From Saprospiraceae bacterium (lineage in GTDB: Bacteria > Bacteroidota > Bacteroidia > Chitinophagales > Saprospiraceae), in contig JAYVFS010000301.1 of the NCBI GenBank assembly GCA_043772905.1, forward strand, positions 2,522 to 66,521: DNA of 64,000 nt, written 5' to 3'. Below the pieces are notes generated by a model. It was given only the letters and a program-made list of their open reading frames with translations, did no database searches and had not been told where the DNA came from. Below, piece after piece: positions 27,364 to 38,441 of this stretch. The translations under genes and the position numbers were made by a program. The first letter of the stretch is position 1, and every line of letters begins with the position of its first letter.

Positions 27364-27810
27364 ATGTTTTGGACAAAAAAGAAAAAATTCTTCAACAAAG
27401 ATGAAGAAGAGCGCATTATGGCGGCTATTCGGACGGCAGAAACAGCCAGTTCGGGTGAAATACGTCTATATGTTGAGTCTGAATGTGCTGATAGCGTCGA
27501 AAAACGGACTGTTGAGATTTTTAAGAAATTAAAGATGTTTAAGACGCAAGAGCGCAACGGCGTGTTGATTTATATCGCTATGGAAAGCCGAAAATTCGCC
27601 ATTTTCGGCGATGAAGGCATCCATAAAAAAATGGGTTTTAGCTTTTGGACAACAGAAGTAGCGACCTTAAAGACTTTTTTGACAGAAGAACGCATGGTTG
27701 ACGGTATTTGTAAAGTAGCTTTAGATATTGGCGAAGTCTTGAAAGTACATTTTCCATATCAATCAGATGATAAAAATGAATTGTCCGATAAACCCGTTTA
27801 TGGGAAATGA
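27364..27810 (+). CDS. TPM (TLP18.3/Psb32/MOLO-1) domain protein
   Basis: 148 aa. RIMAAIRTAETASSGEIRLYVE ... NGVLIYIAMESRKFAIFGDEG is the typical TPM-domain pattern. Confidence 0.75.
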   Translation: MFWTKKKKFFNKDEEERIMAAIRTAETASSGEIRLYVESECADSVEKRTVEIFKKLKMFKTQERNGVLIYIAMESRKFAIFGDEGIHKKMGFSFWTTEVATLKTFLTEERMVDGICKVALDIGEVLKVHFPYQSDDKNELSDKPVYGK

Positions 27811-27827
27811 TGAATTATAAAATTTGA

Positions 27828-28670
27828 ATGATGAATTATTTGCATCAAAAAAATCTGTATAAATCCGTGATTAATAAATATATCCTTTCTTTTTTACTAC
27901 TTTTTACCCTTTCCGTTGGTTCTATACTGAGGGGGCAACCGCCGATACCGCCACGTCCTTCGCCGCCGAGATTGGTCAATGACTTCGCTAATTTGATGTC
28001 TGCTGATGAGCAAATGCGGCTTGAAAAAGACTTAGTAGCTTACAATGACTCAACTTCTACGCAAGTAGCTATTGTCACTTTAGCAGATTTGGGCGATTAT
28101 GACATTTTCGATTGGGCTGTTGAAATTGGTAAACAATGGGGTGTTGGAACGGCTCAAAAGAACAACGGCGTTGTCATTATTGTTGGATTGGCTCCTAAAC
28201 GCAAGGTATTTATTGCGACAGGTGGCGGCGTTCAAGGTTTTTTGCCCGATATTATTTGTAAACGTATTATTGAGCAAAAAATAGTACCCAATTTCAGAGA
28301 GAAACGGTTTTACGACGGTTTTAATGAAGCCTTTCAAGTCATACGTGGTGCTGCCAATGGTGAATATGTCAATGAAGGACAGGGTAATAAAGCCGATAGC
28401 AAAGGTGGTTTTTGGGTTTTTATCATCATTTTGATTATCATCATCATCATCATTATTATTTCGTTTATCAACCGACGTGGACAGCACGCTCAATATAACT
28501 CAGGTCGTCGGACTTTTGGCAATACTGGCGGTGGTTGGATATTTTGGGGCGGTGGTTTTGGCGGCGGCAGTGGTGGCGGCTGGGGCGGTGGTTCTGATTC
28601 TGGCGGTGGTGGTTTTGGCGGTTTTGGCGGTGGCGGTTTCGATGGTGGCGGTGCTGGTGGTGATTGGTAA
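27828..28670 (+). CDS. TPM domain protein (YgcG-like) with TM helix and Gly-rich tail
   Basis: 280 aa. TPM core (LVNDFANLMS ... STQVAIVTL ... NNGVVIIV), a poly-Ile TM helix, and a C-terminal GGGFGG-type tail. Confidence 0.75.
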   Translation: MMNYLHQKNLYKSVINKYILSFLLLFTLSVGSILRGQPPIPPRPSPPRLVNDFANLMSADEQMRLEKDLVAYNDSTSTQVAIVTLADLGDYDIFDWAVEIGKQWGVGTAQKNNGVVIIVGLAPKRKVFIATGGGVQGFLPDIICKRIIEQKIVPNFREKRFYDGFNEAFQVIRGAANGEYVNEGQGNKADSKGGFWVFIIILIIIIIIIIISFINRRGQHAQYNSGRRTFGNTGGGWIFWGGGFGGGSGGGWGGGSDSGGGGFGGFGGGGFDGGGAGGDW

Positions 28671-28736
28671 ATGACCTTTTTTATATATCAGCCAACTCAA
28701 AAAAGAACAACGATACTTTTTTTTGAACGATTCTCT

Positions 28737-28744
28737 TAACTTTG
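28737..28744 (+). promoter_or_regulatory. -7 promoter box TAACTTTG
   Basis: TAnnTTTG match 58 nt upstream of the gcvP ATG at 28802. Confidence 0.35.
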
Positions 28745-28801
28745 CGTTTTATTTTCGCATTAAGAGATTCAATCATAAAAATCATACGAAAAAACGAAGT
28801 T

Positions 28802-31693
28802 ATGTCCTACAACCAACCTAAAGGTGTCAACTTCCAAGACCGACACATTGGACCCAATCAATCTGAACTTAACGAAATGCTTGCCACTATTGGCGTTGAT
28901 AGTCTTGAAACCTTGATAGATCAAACTATTCCATCCAATATTCGTTTATCAAAACCTTTGAACTTGCCGTTTGCTTTGTCTGAACACAGATATTTGCAAC
29001 ACATAAAAAGTATTGGCAAGATGAATAAAACTTTTCGGAGTTTTATAGGCATGGGTTATCACGGTACAGTGACCCCCTCAGTAATTCTGCGAAATGTGTT
29101 TCAAAACCCCGGTTGGTACACACAATACACGCCTTATCAAGCCGAAATAGCACAAGGTCGCCTTGAAGCTATTTTGAATTTCCAAACCATGGTTTCCGAT
29201 TTGACGGCTTTGCCGATTGCCAATGCTTCGCTTTTGGACGAAGGAACGGCTGCGGCAGAGGCAATGACCATGTTTTTTGCTGAAAAAAATAAAAAGGTTA
29301 AGAATCCTGCCGAAGCTGCCAATGTTTTTTTGGTTGATGAAAATGTCTTACCAGCTACAATTGATGTGCTTTTAACAAGAGCGACACCCCTCAGAATAGA
29401 GGTTAAAGTAGGTAATTGGCAAACGTTTGATTTGTCAGAAAAAGCTTTTGGCGCATTGTTGCAATATCCAAATATCAAGGGCGAAGTAGAAGATTATCGT
29501 GCTTTTGCCTTGAAATGTCAAGAAGAAAAGGTGTTTTTGACCGTTGCTGCCGACTTGATGTCTTTGGCTTTGTTGACTCCTCCAGGCGAATGGGGTGCAG
29601 ATTGTGTAGTGGGCAATTCTCAACGATTTGGCGTACCAATGGGTTTTGGTGGACCTCATGCGGCGTTTTTTGCGACAAAAGATGAGTTTAAACGCCAAAT
29701 TCCGGGGCGTATAATAGGTGTCTCTATTGATGCACATGGCAAACCCGCTTTACGGATGGCTTTGCAAACGCGCGAGCAGCACATTCGTCGTGAAAAAGCG
29801 ACTTCTAATATCTGTACGGCACAAGCATTATTGGCTATTATGGCTTCGATGTATGGCGTTTATCATGGACCGAAAGGACTGAAAGCGATAGCTGAAGAGA
29901 TTCATTATAAGACCGTTTGGCTTGAAAAATCATTGTCAAATTTAGGTTTTAACAACCTAAATACACATTTTTTTGATACCGTAAGGATTGAGATAAAAGA
30001 CCCTGAATTACTGAGGGGTATCAAAACACAAGCAGAAAAAGAAGGTTATAACTTTTGGTATGATGCAAACAGCATTCAAATTACGCTTGATGAGACTGTG
30101 ACGAATGACGATATGGCTTATTTGCAGATGATTTTTATGCCTTTTACGGACAAAAAAACGAAGTTCATTTTAGACGATTTGGAAAGTCACTTACCTGCTC
30201 ATCTCATCCGTACAAGCCCGTATCTGACGCATCCTGTTTTCAATACAAATCATACCGAATCGCAAATGATGCGTTATGTCAAGCGGTTGGAAAACAAGGA
30301 TTTGTCGTTGACTCATTCCATGATTTCGCTTGGTAGTTGCACCATGAAACTCAATGCTGCTTCAGAGTTGATACCTGTTAGTTGGGAGGAGTTTGCGAAT
30401 ATTCACCCTTTTGCACCTGTAAATCAGACAAAAGGCTATCAAAAAATGATAAAAGACCTGTCCACTTGGTTGTGTGAAATTACAGGTTTTGATGCCTGTT
30501 CGCTCCAACCAAACTCAGGTGCGCAAGGCGAATATGCAGGTTTGTTGACGATAAAAGCTTATCACGATGCAAGAGGCGATGAACATAGAAAAGTTGCTTT
30601 GATACCTTCATCGGCGCATGGTACAAATCCTGCTTCGGCAGTTATGGTTGGTATGGAAGTCGTTGTGGTCGCTTGCGATGAGCGGGGAAATGTGGATATG
30701 ACGGACTTGAAAAAGAAGGTTGAAACGCACAAAGACCGTCTTGCTTGCTTGATGATTACTTACCCTTCTACTCATGGCGTTTTTGAAACTTCAATTAAAG
30801 AAATTTGCGATATTATCCATAAAAACGGTGGTAAAGTCTATATGGATGGTGCAAATATGAATGCACAAGTTGGCTTGACAAGCCCTGGATTCATCGGTGC
30901 GGATGTTTGTCATTTGAATTTACATAAAACTTTTGCAATTCCACATGGCGGTGGCGGACCGGGTATGGGACCTATTTGTTGCAATAAATCACTTGCACCT
31001 TACTTACCAGGACATGTATTTGTAAAAACAGGCGGTAAAAAAGCGACACATGCGGTATCGAGTGCGCCATTTGGTTCTGCAAGTATTTTGTTGATTTCGT
31101 ATGGCTACATTCACATGCTCGGTACTGAGGGGGTGACTGATGCGACGCGTTATGCTATTTTAAACGCTAACTACATGAAAGCGCGTTTGGAAACAGCATT
31201 TCCGATACTTTACACAGGTGAAAACGGACGTTGTGCGCACGAAATGATAGTGGATTTGAGACCTTTCAAAGCGATTTGTTCGGCAGAAGATGTGGCAAAA
31301 CGTTTGATTGACTATGGTTTTCATGCACCCACATTGAGTTTCCCAGTGGCGGGAACGATTATGATAGAACCAACAGAAAGCGAATCGAAAGACGAACTTG
31401 ACCGCTTTTGCGATGCACTTTTAGCTATAAAAGAGGAGATGGACGAAATTGCAAGAGGCGAGTATCCCGCCGATGACAATGTATTGTCAAATGCACCGCA
31501 TACTAATGAAAGTGTTGTAGCAGATGACTGGTCACATGCTTATAGCCGTGAAAAAGCGGCGTATCCATTGCCTTATTTGCGTCATGGTTATAAGTTTTGG
31601 GCAAGTGTTGGTCGTGTCAATAGCGCAGCAGGAGATAGAAATTTGATTTGCGTTTGTCCTCCGATTGAGGACTATATGGTTGAAACTGTATAA
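28802..31693 (+). CDS. gcvP: Glycine dehydrogenase (decarboxylating), glycine cleavage P protein
   Basis: Start set at MSYNQPKG. About 963 aa, collinear with single-chain GcvP, including the PLP-lysine region [18 protein letters not shown]. Confidence 0.95.
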   Translation: MSYNQPKGVNFQDRHIGPNQSELNEMLATIGVDSLETLIDQTIPSNIRLSKPLNLPFALSEHRYLQHIKSIGKMNKTFRSFIGMGYHGTVTPSVILRNVFQNPGWYTQYTPYQAEIAQGRLEAILNFQTMVSDLTALPIANASLLDEGTAAAEAMTMFFAEKNKKVKNPAEAANVFLVDENVLPATIDVLLTRATPLRIEVKVGNWQTFDLSEKAFGALLQYPNIKGEVEDYRAFALKCQEEKVFLTVAADLMSLALLTPPGEWGADCVVGNSQRFGVPMGFGGPHAAFFATKDEFKRQIPGRIIGVSIDAHGKPALRMALQTREQHIRREKATSNICTAQALLAIMASMYGVYHGPKGLKAIAEEIHYKTVWLEKSLSNLGFNNLNTHFFDTVRIEIKDPELLRGIKTQAEKEGYNFWYDANSIQITLDETVTNDDMAYLQMIFMPFTDKKTKFILDDLESHLPAHLIRTSPYLTHPVFNTNHTESQMMRYVKRLENKDLSLTHSMISLGSCTMKLNAASELIPVSWEEFANIHPFAPVNQTKGYQKMIKDLSTWLCEITGFDACSLQPNSGAQGEYAGLLTIKAYHDARGDEHRKVALIPSSAHGTNPASAVMVGMEVVVVACDERGNVDMTDLKKKVETHKDRLACLMITYPSTHGVFETSIKEICDIIHKNGGKVYMDGANMNAQVGLTSPGFIGADVCHLNLHKTFAIPHGGGGPGMGPICCNKSLAPYLPGHVFVKTGGKKATHAVSSAPFGSASILLISYGYIHMLGTEGVTDATRYAILNANYMKARLETAFPILYTGENGRCAHEMIVDLRPFKAICSAEDVAKRLIDYGFHAPTLSFPVAGTIMIEPTESESKDELDRFCDALLAIKEEMDEIARGEYPADDNVLSNAPHTNESVVADDWSHAYSREKAAYPLPYLRHGYKFWASVGRVNSAAGDRNLICVCPPIEDYMVETV

Positions 31694-31700
31694 AATTAAG

Positions 31701-31739
31701 ACGACCTTATAAAGTGTTTTCATCTTATAAGGTCGTTTT
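31701..31739 (+). terminator. Intrinsic terminator after gcvP
   Basis: Stem ACGACCTTATAA/TTATAAGGTCGT followed by TTTT. Confidence 0.7.
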
Positions 31740-32185
31740 AATAAAAAAATAAGCCTCGAACTCTGTCCGAGGCTCAACCCAAATTATGCAAATTTAACCT
31801 AAACCAAAAGAGGTGGAACGGGCTTATGATTAAAGCGGTTTTTAAATTATAGAAAAACCACGATAATGAGTGGCGCATTCTTCTTAAAATGGTATGAAAG
31901 ATACTTTGTCGATTTTCGACAAAACTTTCAAAAGGGATTGTAGGCAAATGATTTAAAGTTGCAAATTTATATAATGTTCTGCGATATTTTTGAAAATTCA
32001 AAAAAATAAAAAACACAGAGGATTTATAACCAGTCATATATATAAGTATTAAAAAATTTTGTTTTTAACAATCGGGCTTTTGAAACATATCAAGTTTCTG
32101 TCTTAACTTGCACCGATATTTAAACACAAGACTCCAACTAATTGAGAATGAACCCTTTTCGTAAATCATTTAATTCTATTTTTAT

Positions 32186-33106
32186 ATGAAACCCACATTA
32201 TTGATTCTTGCTGCTGGTATCGGAAGCCGTTATGGTGGACTAAAACAAGCCGATTCAGTAGGACCTTCAGGCGAGGCAATCATAGAATATTCTATTTATG
32301 ATGCCATTCGTGCAGGATTTGGTAAGGTCGTTATAGTTATTAGAAAAAGTATTGAGCATGACTTCAAAGAGAAATTTGGCGGTAAATTCGATGACTTAAT
32401 TACTGTTGAATACGCTTTTCAAGAATTAGATACGCCTATTGAGGGCATTGATTATTTTCCAGAAAGAAAGAAGCCTTGGGGTACTGGTCATGCGATGTTA
32501 GTAGCAAAAGATAAAATCAAAGAGCCATTTCTTGTTATCAATGCAGACGATTTTTATGGTTTTACAGCTTTTCAAAAAATGGCTGAATTTCTAAGTCAAC
32601 GTTGTTCTCCTCGTCACATGGGCATGGTTGGTTATTGGCTTAAAAATACGCTTTCTGAAAATGGTTCAGTGAGTCGTGGCGTATGTGAGACTGATGAAAA
32701 AAGTCTGTTAACCGCTGTCAATGAACGCACTAAGATTATCCGTGAAGCTGATAAGGATATTTACTATTTTGAAGGAGACAAAAAGACTTTTTTAGCGGAT
32801 GATTCAGTTGTTTCGATGAATTTTTGGGGTTACCACCCCTCAGTATTTGAAGAAACAAGGAAGATGTTTGTTCAATTTGTAAAAGACAATCAAAATAATC
32901 CGACGGCTGAATTCTATATTCCGACGATTGCCAATACGCTTATTGAAAAAGGTAAAGTTGACTTTACAGTGATGACAACACGCGACCAGTGGTATGGTGT
33001 TACTTATCAAGAGGACAAACAAACCGTTCAAAACGCATTTTGGGCTTTGACAACGATTGGGGCTTACCCTTCGAGTCTTTGGGGCAAAGTAGCAGAACCG
33101 ATGTAA
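32186..33106 (+). CDS. Sugar-phosphate nucleotidyltransferase family protein
   Basis: 306 aa. N-terminal LILAAGIGSRYGGLKQ (GxGxR NTP-transferase loop) and PWGTGHA. Substrate not assignable. Confidence 0.7.
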   Translation: MKPTLLILAAGIGSRYGGLKQADSVGPSGEAIIEYSIYDAIRAGFGKVVIVIRKSIEHDFKEKFGGKFDDLITVEYAFQELDTPIEGIDYFPERKKPWGTGHAMLVAKDKIKEPFLVINADDFYGFTAFQKMAEFLSQRCSPRHMGMVGYWLKNTLSENGSVSRGVCETDEKSLLTAVNERTKIIREADKDIYYFEGDKKTFLADDSVVSMNFWGYHPSVFEETRKMFVQFVKDNQNNPTAEFYIPTIANTLIEKGKVDFTVMTTRDQWYGVTYQEDKQTVQNAFWALTTIGAYPSSLWGKVAEPM

Positions 33107-33132
33107 TATCATTTTGAATAAAAAAGAAAAAA

Positions 33133-33169
33133 AGCAGTTAACTGATGCCCTCAGTTAACTGCTTTTTTT
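33133..33169 (+). terminator. Intrinsic terminator
   Basis: 12-bp stem GCAGTTAACTGA/TCAGTTAACTGC, loop TGCCC, then T8. Confidence 0.8.
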
Positions 33170-33232
33170 TAATTTTTTCTTACATTTGAATCAATAAAAA
33201 GCTTCATAGTTTCACCAAATACCCCCCTCAGT

Positions 33233-34063
33233 ATGGAACGTCTTTTTTCAATAAAATGTGTATTTATATTGCTGGTTTTCAATGGTTTATCTTTTTGTTT
33301 ACAAGCTCAAATTGGCTATCAAATTGTTGGTGGTGCACAGAGTCTGAGCATGGGCGGTGCAAGCGTCGGTTTTCAAAATGAGCAAGCCATTTTCCATAAT
33401 CCGGCGGGACTTGTCGGTGTAACTAAGTCGAGTGCTTTGTTGACTTCTGAAATTAAGTTTGGTGTCAAAGACTTAAAACCCATCGGTACGGCTTTTGTGT
33501 TACCGACTTCATCAGGTGTGTTGGGTTTTAGTTTTCAAAATTACTCTTTTGAAACTTATCGTGAAAGCAAATTAGGTGTGGCTTATGCGCGTCGTTTATC
33601 CTCAAAATTCAACATTGGTATTCAACTTGATTACTTGCGTTTGAATATGAATGAGTATGGTTCAACCAATTTATTGACTTTTGAAATAGGTTGTAATACA
33701 TTGATTTCTAAAGATTTAGTTTTGTCGGCTTATGTTTTTAATCCTGTTTCCGTTCGCTTAAATGAAGAGGAGAGGACCCCCTCCGTATTTAGGTTGGGTT
33801 TGGGTTATACGCTAAATCCAAAAGTTCTAATCTGCCTTGAAACAGAAAAAGACGTTGATTTTCCAGCCTCATTCAAATTCGGTTTAGCTTACCAAGTCGT
33901 TGAGTCGTTGACTTTGCGCTGTGGTTTCCGAACATCACCTTCGATTTTTAGTTTCGGCATAGGCTATTCGGTCAATAAGCATTTTACAGCCGATGTTGCT
34001 TTAACGAATCATCCTTATTTAGGCATGTCCCCAACATTAAGTTTGAGTTATTCCATAAAATAG
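33233..34063 (+). CDS. Outer-membrane beta-barrel protein (PorQ/PorV/FadL-like superfamily, tentative)
   Basis: 276 aa. Signal peptide, SLSMGGASVGF..IFHNPAGL near the N-terminus, and alternating hydrophobic beta-strand periodicity to the C-terminus. Confidence 0.45.
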   Translation: MERLFSIKCVFILLVFNGLSFCLQAQIGYQIVGGAQSLSMGGASVGFQNEQAIFHNPAGLVGVTKSSALLTSEIKFGVKDLKPIGTAFVLPTSSGVLGFSFQNYSFETYRESKLGVAYARRLSSKFNIGIQLDYLRLNMNEYGSTNLLTFEIGCNTLISKDLVLSAYVFNPVSVRLNEEERTPSVFRLGLGYTLNPKVLICLETEKDVDFPASFKFGLAYQVVESLTLRCGFRTSPSIFSFGIGYSVNKHFTADVALTNHPYLGMSPTLSLSYSIK

Positions 34064-34194
34064 ATAATAGTGGATAATTCAGAATTATCCACTATCATCT
34101 ATCCACTATCATCTAAATAATAAAACGGTAGCACGCAGTTAAGCAGCTACCGTTTATTATTTCCAAAGGGTTTTTAATACCTTTTGTAGTGTTA

Positions 34195-36573
34195 TTATTG
34201 AGCTTTCAACTCTGTCGGAATTTCAGGCGGAACAGACTTACAAATGTCTTTTCCTGCTTTATCTCTTATGTACAATTCGACACGTCTGTTATAGTGCCGT
34301 CCATTATCATCATCTGTATTTTTAGCAACGGGCGCATTTTTGCCTTCTATTTCGGTTGATAAACGGTTGGCTGCAATACCCATTTTGATTAGAGCCGCTT
34401 TTGCATTTTCAGCACGAAGGCTCGAAAGTGCCTCGTTGTAAGCATCCGTACCAATGGCATCTGTATGCGCACTGAGTACGCCGATATAATCTTTGTTATC
34501 CTTCAAGATTTTAGCCATTTCTGTCAATTCTTTGGAAGCATCAGCTTTGATATTAGCTTTGTCGAAGTCAAAGAAAATCCAATTCAAATCGCAACTCGGT
34601 GCCGCAGGAGGTAGTGGCGGAGCAATGTTAGCATCATTATTAGACGTATCAACAACCGTAACACCTGTTTGGTTCGCCGTTGAATCAACCGCTTTTGAGG
34701 TCATAACTGGCGGTGCAACAGCGTCTGTTTTGCCACAGCCGTTGCTGCCCCAAAGCCACCAAGCTAACAAGGCTAAAAGTGGGAGCAGTAGCCACCACCA
34801 CGCGAAGCCTCCTTTTGCCGCTTCTTCTTCGACAACGGCGGCTGCTGCAATCGATGCTGCAACTTTTGGTTCTTCTGGTGCCAAAGATCGTGCTGCTACA
34901 GCCGCAGCTGCCATCGCAAGTGGCGCACCTAAACCGACTGCGGCATCTGCATGAGCAGGATCTAAGAAAGGAATAGCAGCATAAATAGCTGCTAAACTGT
35001 TATAGGTACATGAGCGAGCGATTTCAATTCCATTATCATTTTTTAATATGACAAAATAATGGTCAAAACCGACTTTCTTGATTTCATAATGCTCTTTATT
35101 GTTTATATTTTTAACGACTTCCTTCAAATCGGCATCCCGTTCCTTTGATGTCAAGTAACCTTCAGAACGTAGAGAAACATCATCGTCTTTGTCAACAACT
35201 GCAAAATAATATTTATCCGTGCGTGGGCTGATGAAAACACGGAAACCATCGCGTGGGGCAGTCATGTGACCATGATATTCGCGGCAAGGCAAATAATCAT
35301 CAACAATATCCACAGTTGGTTTTGATACTGAGGGGGTGCCTGCAAACGACAATGCGGCTGCGCCAACACCTAAAAGCGGGAACATCATACCAACGGCATC
35401 TATACTATCCTTTGGGCAAGACCGTGCAATTTCTTGATGATTACCTGCTTTCAAGATGACAAAGTGCTTGCCATGCATTTCTTTGACCTCATAGCGGTCT
35501 TTATTATCGCGGTTTTTGATGACAGAGTTCATCCCATTGTCACGTGCGGCGGCGGTTGGATAGCCTTCAGAGCGCATTTTGATGCTCCCTTTATCGTTAA
35601 CCCAAGTGAAATAGTATTTTTCATTGTTGTGTTGCCATATTATAAAACCATTTTCGTCCGCTTCGCCATGACCATCATATTGGCGACACGCCAAATAGTC
35701 GTCTTCGCTGTTTTCGCTTTTTGAACTTGTTACCATGGTCGCAGTTGCAGCTGCAGCGAGTTTCAACCGATTTGCTTCGGCTTCGGCTAATAAACGTGCC
35801 GATTCAGCGCGGGCATTTGGGAAAAAGGCTAAGGCAGCAGCTTCTGTATCATAAGGACAAGAGCGACCAATCTCTTGATAATTACCCGCTTTTAGTATGA
35901 CAAAATAACGCCCCACCTTTTCCATAACAGAATAGCGTTCTTCTAAATCACGGTTTTTGGCAACCGACGCCATGCCATTGTCGCGGGCTGCTGTCGAAGT
36001 GTAGCCTTCAGAACGTAATAGTAGTGTGCCATCGTCGTCGTACCAAGCGAAGTAGTGCTGTCCATTTTCATGTGTAAATTTTACAAGACCTGTCAAGCCG
36101 TCTGTGCCGACATCTGGATGACCTTCGTACTCCGTACAAGCCAAATAGTCGTCATCAATGCGTTGAGTTGTGGATTCAGAAGCAACCATGGCAGCCATAC
36201 CGCCGCCTCTGATTTTTTCACCTGTCATATAAGGTATCAACTCGAGTGCAGCGGCTTCGGATTCGCAAGGACAAGACCGCGCAATTTCACGAAAATTGGC
36301 AGCACGAAGGCATAGGAAATAGGCACCATTTTCTTCTTTGACCGAGTAAAAATCTTTGTTTGTCCGATTTTTGATGACAGATTGAATGCCATTTTCTCGA
36401 GCAGGTGTTTGTGGATAGCCTTCACTTCTGAGCAATGTTTTGCCATCGGCATCCAGAAATGCAAAAAAATTGTGTTCGCTTTTTTCATCATAGAAAGCAG
36501 CAAAACCAGCTTCCGTTTCGTGAGCGGGCTGGTTTTCGTAGGAACTACATGGAAGGTATTCGTCGTGACCCAT
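34195..36573 (-). CDS. Four tandem YegP/DUF1508-like modules, single TM helix, C-terminal OmpA-like peptidoglycan-binding domain
   Basis: 792 aa with no signal peptide. The module DDYLxCxxYxGH..YFxW.D.DG..LLRSEGY....ARDNGM.SV.KN....RY.V.E..G.YFVILKAGN.QEI.RSC repeats four times. Then FAWWWLLLPLLALLAWWLW, then FDFDKANI ... AHTDAIGTDAYNEALS..RA ... NRRVELYI. Confidence 0.7.
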   Translation of the reverse strand: MGHDEYLPCSSYENQPAHETEAGFAAFYDEKSEHNFFAFLDADGKTLLRSEGYPQTPARENGIQSVIKNRTNKDFYSVKEENGAYFLCLRAANFREIARSCPCESEAAALELIPYMTGEKIRGGGMAAMVASESTTQRIDDDYLACTEYEGHPDVGTDGLTGLVKFTHENGQHYFAWYDDDGTLLLRSEGYTSTAARDNGMASVAKNRDLEERYSVMEKVGRYFVILKAGNYQEIGRSCPYDTEAAALAFFPNARAESARLLAEAEANRLKLAAAATATMVTSSKSENSEDDYLACRQYDGHGEADENGFIIWQHNNEKYYFTWVNDKGSIKMRSEGYPTAAARDNGMNSVIKNRDNKDRYEVKEMHGKHFVILKAGNHQEIARSCPKDSIDAVGMMFPLLGVGAAALSFAGTPSVSKPTVDIVDDYLPCREYHGHMTAPRDGFRVFISPRTDKYYFAVVDKDDDVSLRSEGYLTSKERDADLKEVVKNINNKEHYEIKKVGFDHYFVILKNDNGIEIARSCTYNSLAAIYAAIPFLDPAHADAAVGLGAPLAMAAAAVAARSLAPEEPKVAASIAAAAVVEEEAAKGGFAWWWLLLPLLALLAWWLWGSNGCGKTDAVAPPVMTSKAVDSTANQTGVTVVDTSNNDANIAPPLPPAAPSCDLNWIFFDFDKANIKADASKELTEMAKILKDNKDYIGVLSAHTDAIGTDAYNEALSSLRAENAKAALIKMGIAANRLSTEIEGKNAPVAKNTDDDNGRHYNRRVELYIRDKAGKDICKSVPPEIPTELKAQ

Positions 36574-36900
36574 AGTTCTTTGTTTTGTTTTGCTAAGTGA
36601 ATGAATAGATGTTTCCTCAAAAATGATGTCGTAATATAAAACTTTATTTGTAGTAGAAGAAATTATGCAACATTTTTTTGTAAGATTTTTATCATTTTGC
36701 CGTATAAATATTTTATTTTATTTATTTTTACAAAATTTTATTTTTATTGTTGATTGGTTTTCAGTTTTTTATACAATTTTAAATTTATCATAATAATAAA
36801 TGGAAATATTTTTGCATTGCGTTAAAAAAACAAATAACTCCCATGATTTATAGCTATCATTTTTAAAATGGGCGTTTATATTTTAGATAAAAACATAAAC

Positions 36901-36939
36901 AAAAAGCCTCATTTCGGTGCAACCGAAACGAGGCTTTTT
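36901..36939. terminator. Bidirectional terminator hairpin
   Basis: AAAAAGCCTCATTTCGGT / ACCGAAACGAGGCTTTTT. Confidence 0.7.
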
Positions 36940-37006
36940 ATGAGAATACAAGAATTGTACAGCTAAATATTTGATTGATTTCCTAAGAAAAAATACGAGA
37001 AGCTGA

Positions 37007-37228
37007 TCAATACTCGTCCTCATTGAAGAAAAAGTCATCTTTGCGCGGATAATCGGGCCAGATGTCTTCGATACTTTCATACAATTCATTTTCTTCATCG
37101 AGTGCTTGAAGATTCTCAATAACTTCAAGTGGCGCGCCTGAACGGATACAGAAATCGACTAATTCATCACGTGAGGCGGGCCAAGGCGCTTCTTCTAAAT
37201 GTGAAGCTAATTCAATCGTCCAATACAT
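37007..37228 (-). CDS. DUF2795 domain protein
   Basis: 73 aa. LEEAPWPASRDELVDFCIRSGAPLEVIENLQAL fits the DUF2795 pattern. Confidence 0.7.
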   Translation of the reverse strand: MYWTIELASHLEEAPWPASRDELVDFCIRSGAPLEVIENLQALDEENELYESIEDIWPDYPRKDDFFFNEDEY

Positions 37229-37376
37229 ATTTTACAAAATTTTTGTTTACAAAAAAAAGAGAGGTTGCTAATTATTTTTAATGAAAAAACTAATTCATTC
37301 AAAAAGTCCGCAAATGTACTTTTTCAAATTAAAAAGTACAATACTGAGGGGGCTAAATTTTTAATATTTTTCCATA

Positions 37377-38441
37377 TTACAAAATTAACATAGCATCACC
37401 ATAACTATAAAAACGGTAATCTTCTTTTATGGCTTGTTCGTAAGCTTCCATGACTAATTCATGACCACCAAAAGCGCAAACCATAATCAGGACACTCGAT
37501 TTTGGCAAATGGAAATTTGTAATCATCGAATTGGCCACATGAAAATCATAAGGCGGGAAAATAAACTTATTTGTCCAACCTTCTGCTGCTTTTAGTTGAT
37601 CGTTGGCGGTGACCGCCGATTCAATAGTTCTCATGACAGTTGTACCGACAGCACAGACTCTTTTGCTCGCATCCATTGATGCATTGACGATATTCGCTGC
37701 GTTTTCAGTGATTCTGAAATATTCAGCTTCCATTTTGTGCTTCGATAAATCTTCGACATCAATTGTACGGAAGGTACCCAAACCGATATGTAAGGTGACT
37801 TCTGAAAAGTTTACGCCTTTCAGTTCCATACGTTTCATCAACTCGCGGCTAAAATGTAAACCTGCTGTTGGAGCTGCTACTGCACCCACTGATTTAGCAT
37901 AAACGGTTTGGTAACGTTCTTTATCCGTTTCGTCTGCTTCGCGTCCGATGTATTTTGGTAAAGGTGTATTACCCAAATAATTCAAATCACGTTCAAATTC
38001 CTCGTCCGTACCGTCATACAAAAAGCGAATGGTACGTCCACGCGATGTTGTATTGTCCACAACTTCAGCTACTAAAACTTCATTGCCTTTTTTGTCTTCG
38101 AAATACAGCTTGTTTCCAACACGAATTTTACGAGCTGGATCGACCAAAACATCCCATAATTTAGCATCATGGTTGAGTTCACGAAGTAAAAAAACTTCAA
38201 TTGTAGAACCTGTTTTTTCTTTTTTTCCGTAAAGACGAGCAGGGAAAACCTTAGTGTCATTAAAAATCATCACATCACCATCCCCAAAATAGCCCAAGAG
38301 ATCTTTAAATACTTTGTGTTCAATTTTACCTGTATCGCGGTGCAAAACCATGAGCCGGCTTTCGTCGCGATTGGGTGCAGGGTATTGAGCAATGTGTTTT
38401 TTGTCTAATTCAAAATTGAAATTCGATAATTTTGTACGCAT
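37377..38441 (-). CDS. queA: S-adenosylmethionine:tRNA ribosyltransferase-isomerase
   Basis: 354 aa, collinear with QueA: [34 protein letters not shown] and FHLPKSS. Confidence 0.95.
   Translation of the reverse strand: MRTKLSNFNFELDKKHIAQYPAPNRDESRLMVLHRDTGKIEHKVFKDLLGYFGDGDVMIFNDTKVFPARLYGKKEKTGSTIEVFLLRELNHDAKLWDVLVDPARKIRVGNKLYFEDKKGNEVLVAEVVDNTTSRGRTIRFLYDGTDEEFERDLNYLGNTPLPKYIGREADETDKERYQTVYAKSVGAVAAPTAGLHFSRELMKRMELKGVNFSEVTLHIGLGTFRTIDVEDLSKHKMEAEYFRITENAANIVNASMDASKRVCAVGTTVMRTIESAVTANDQLKAAEGWTNKFIFPPYDFHVANSMITNFHLPKSSVLIMVCAFGGHELVMEAYEQAIKEDYRFYSYGDAMLIL

Noticed and set aside
28477-28700. ORFs 28477..28674 and 28500..28700
   Set aside because: They are alternative frames of the GGN-rich tail of the TPM protein and give Ala/Val/Thr low-complexity translations.
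28671-28801. A glycine riboswitch upstream of gcvP
   Set aside because: The 130-nt leader is AT-rich and lacks the conserved GGAGAG...CACCG cores and the tandem-aptamer stems. Only a -7 promoter box is evident.
31774-32037. 87-aa minus-strand ORF in the gcvP-nucleotidyltransferase spacer
   Set aside because: It has AT-rich composition, a Phe/Leu/Asn/Lys-rich translation, no recognisable motif, and it runs into the upstream terminator. It is probably spurious, though the 490-bp spacer itself remains unexplained.
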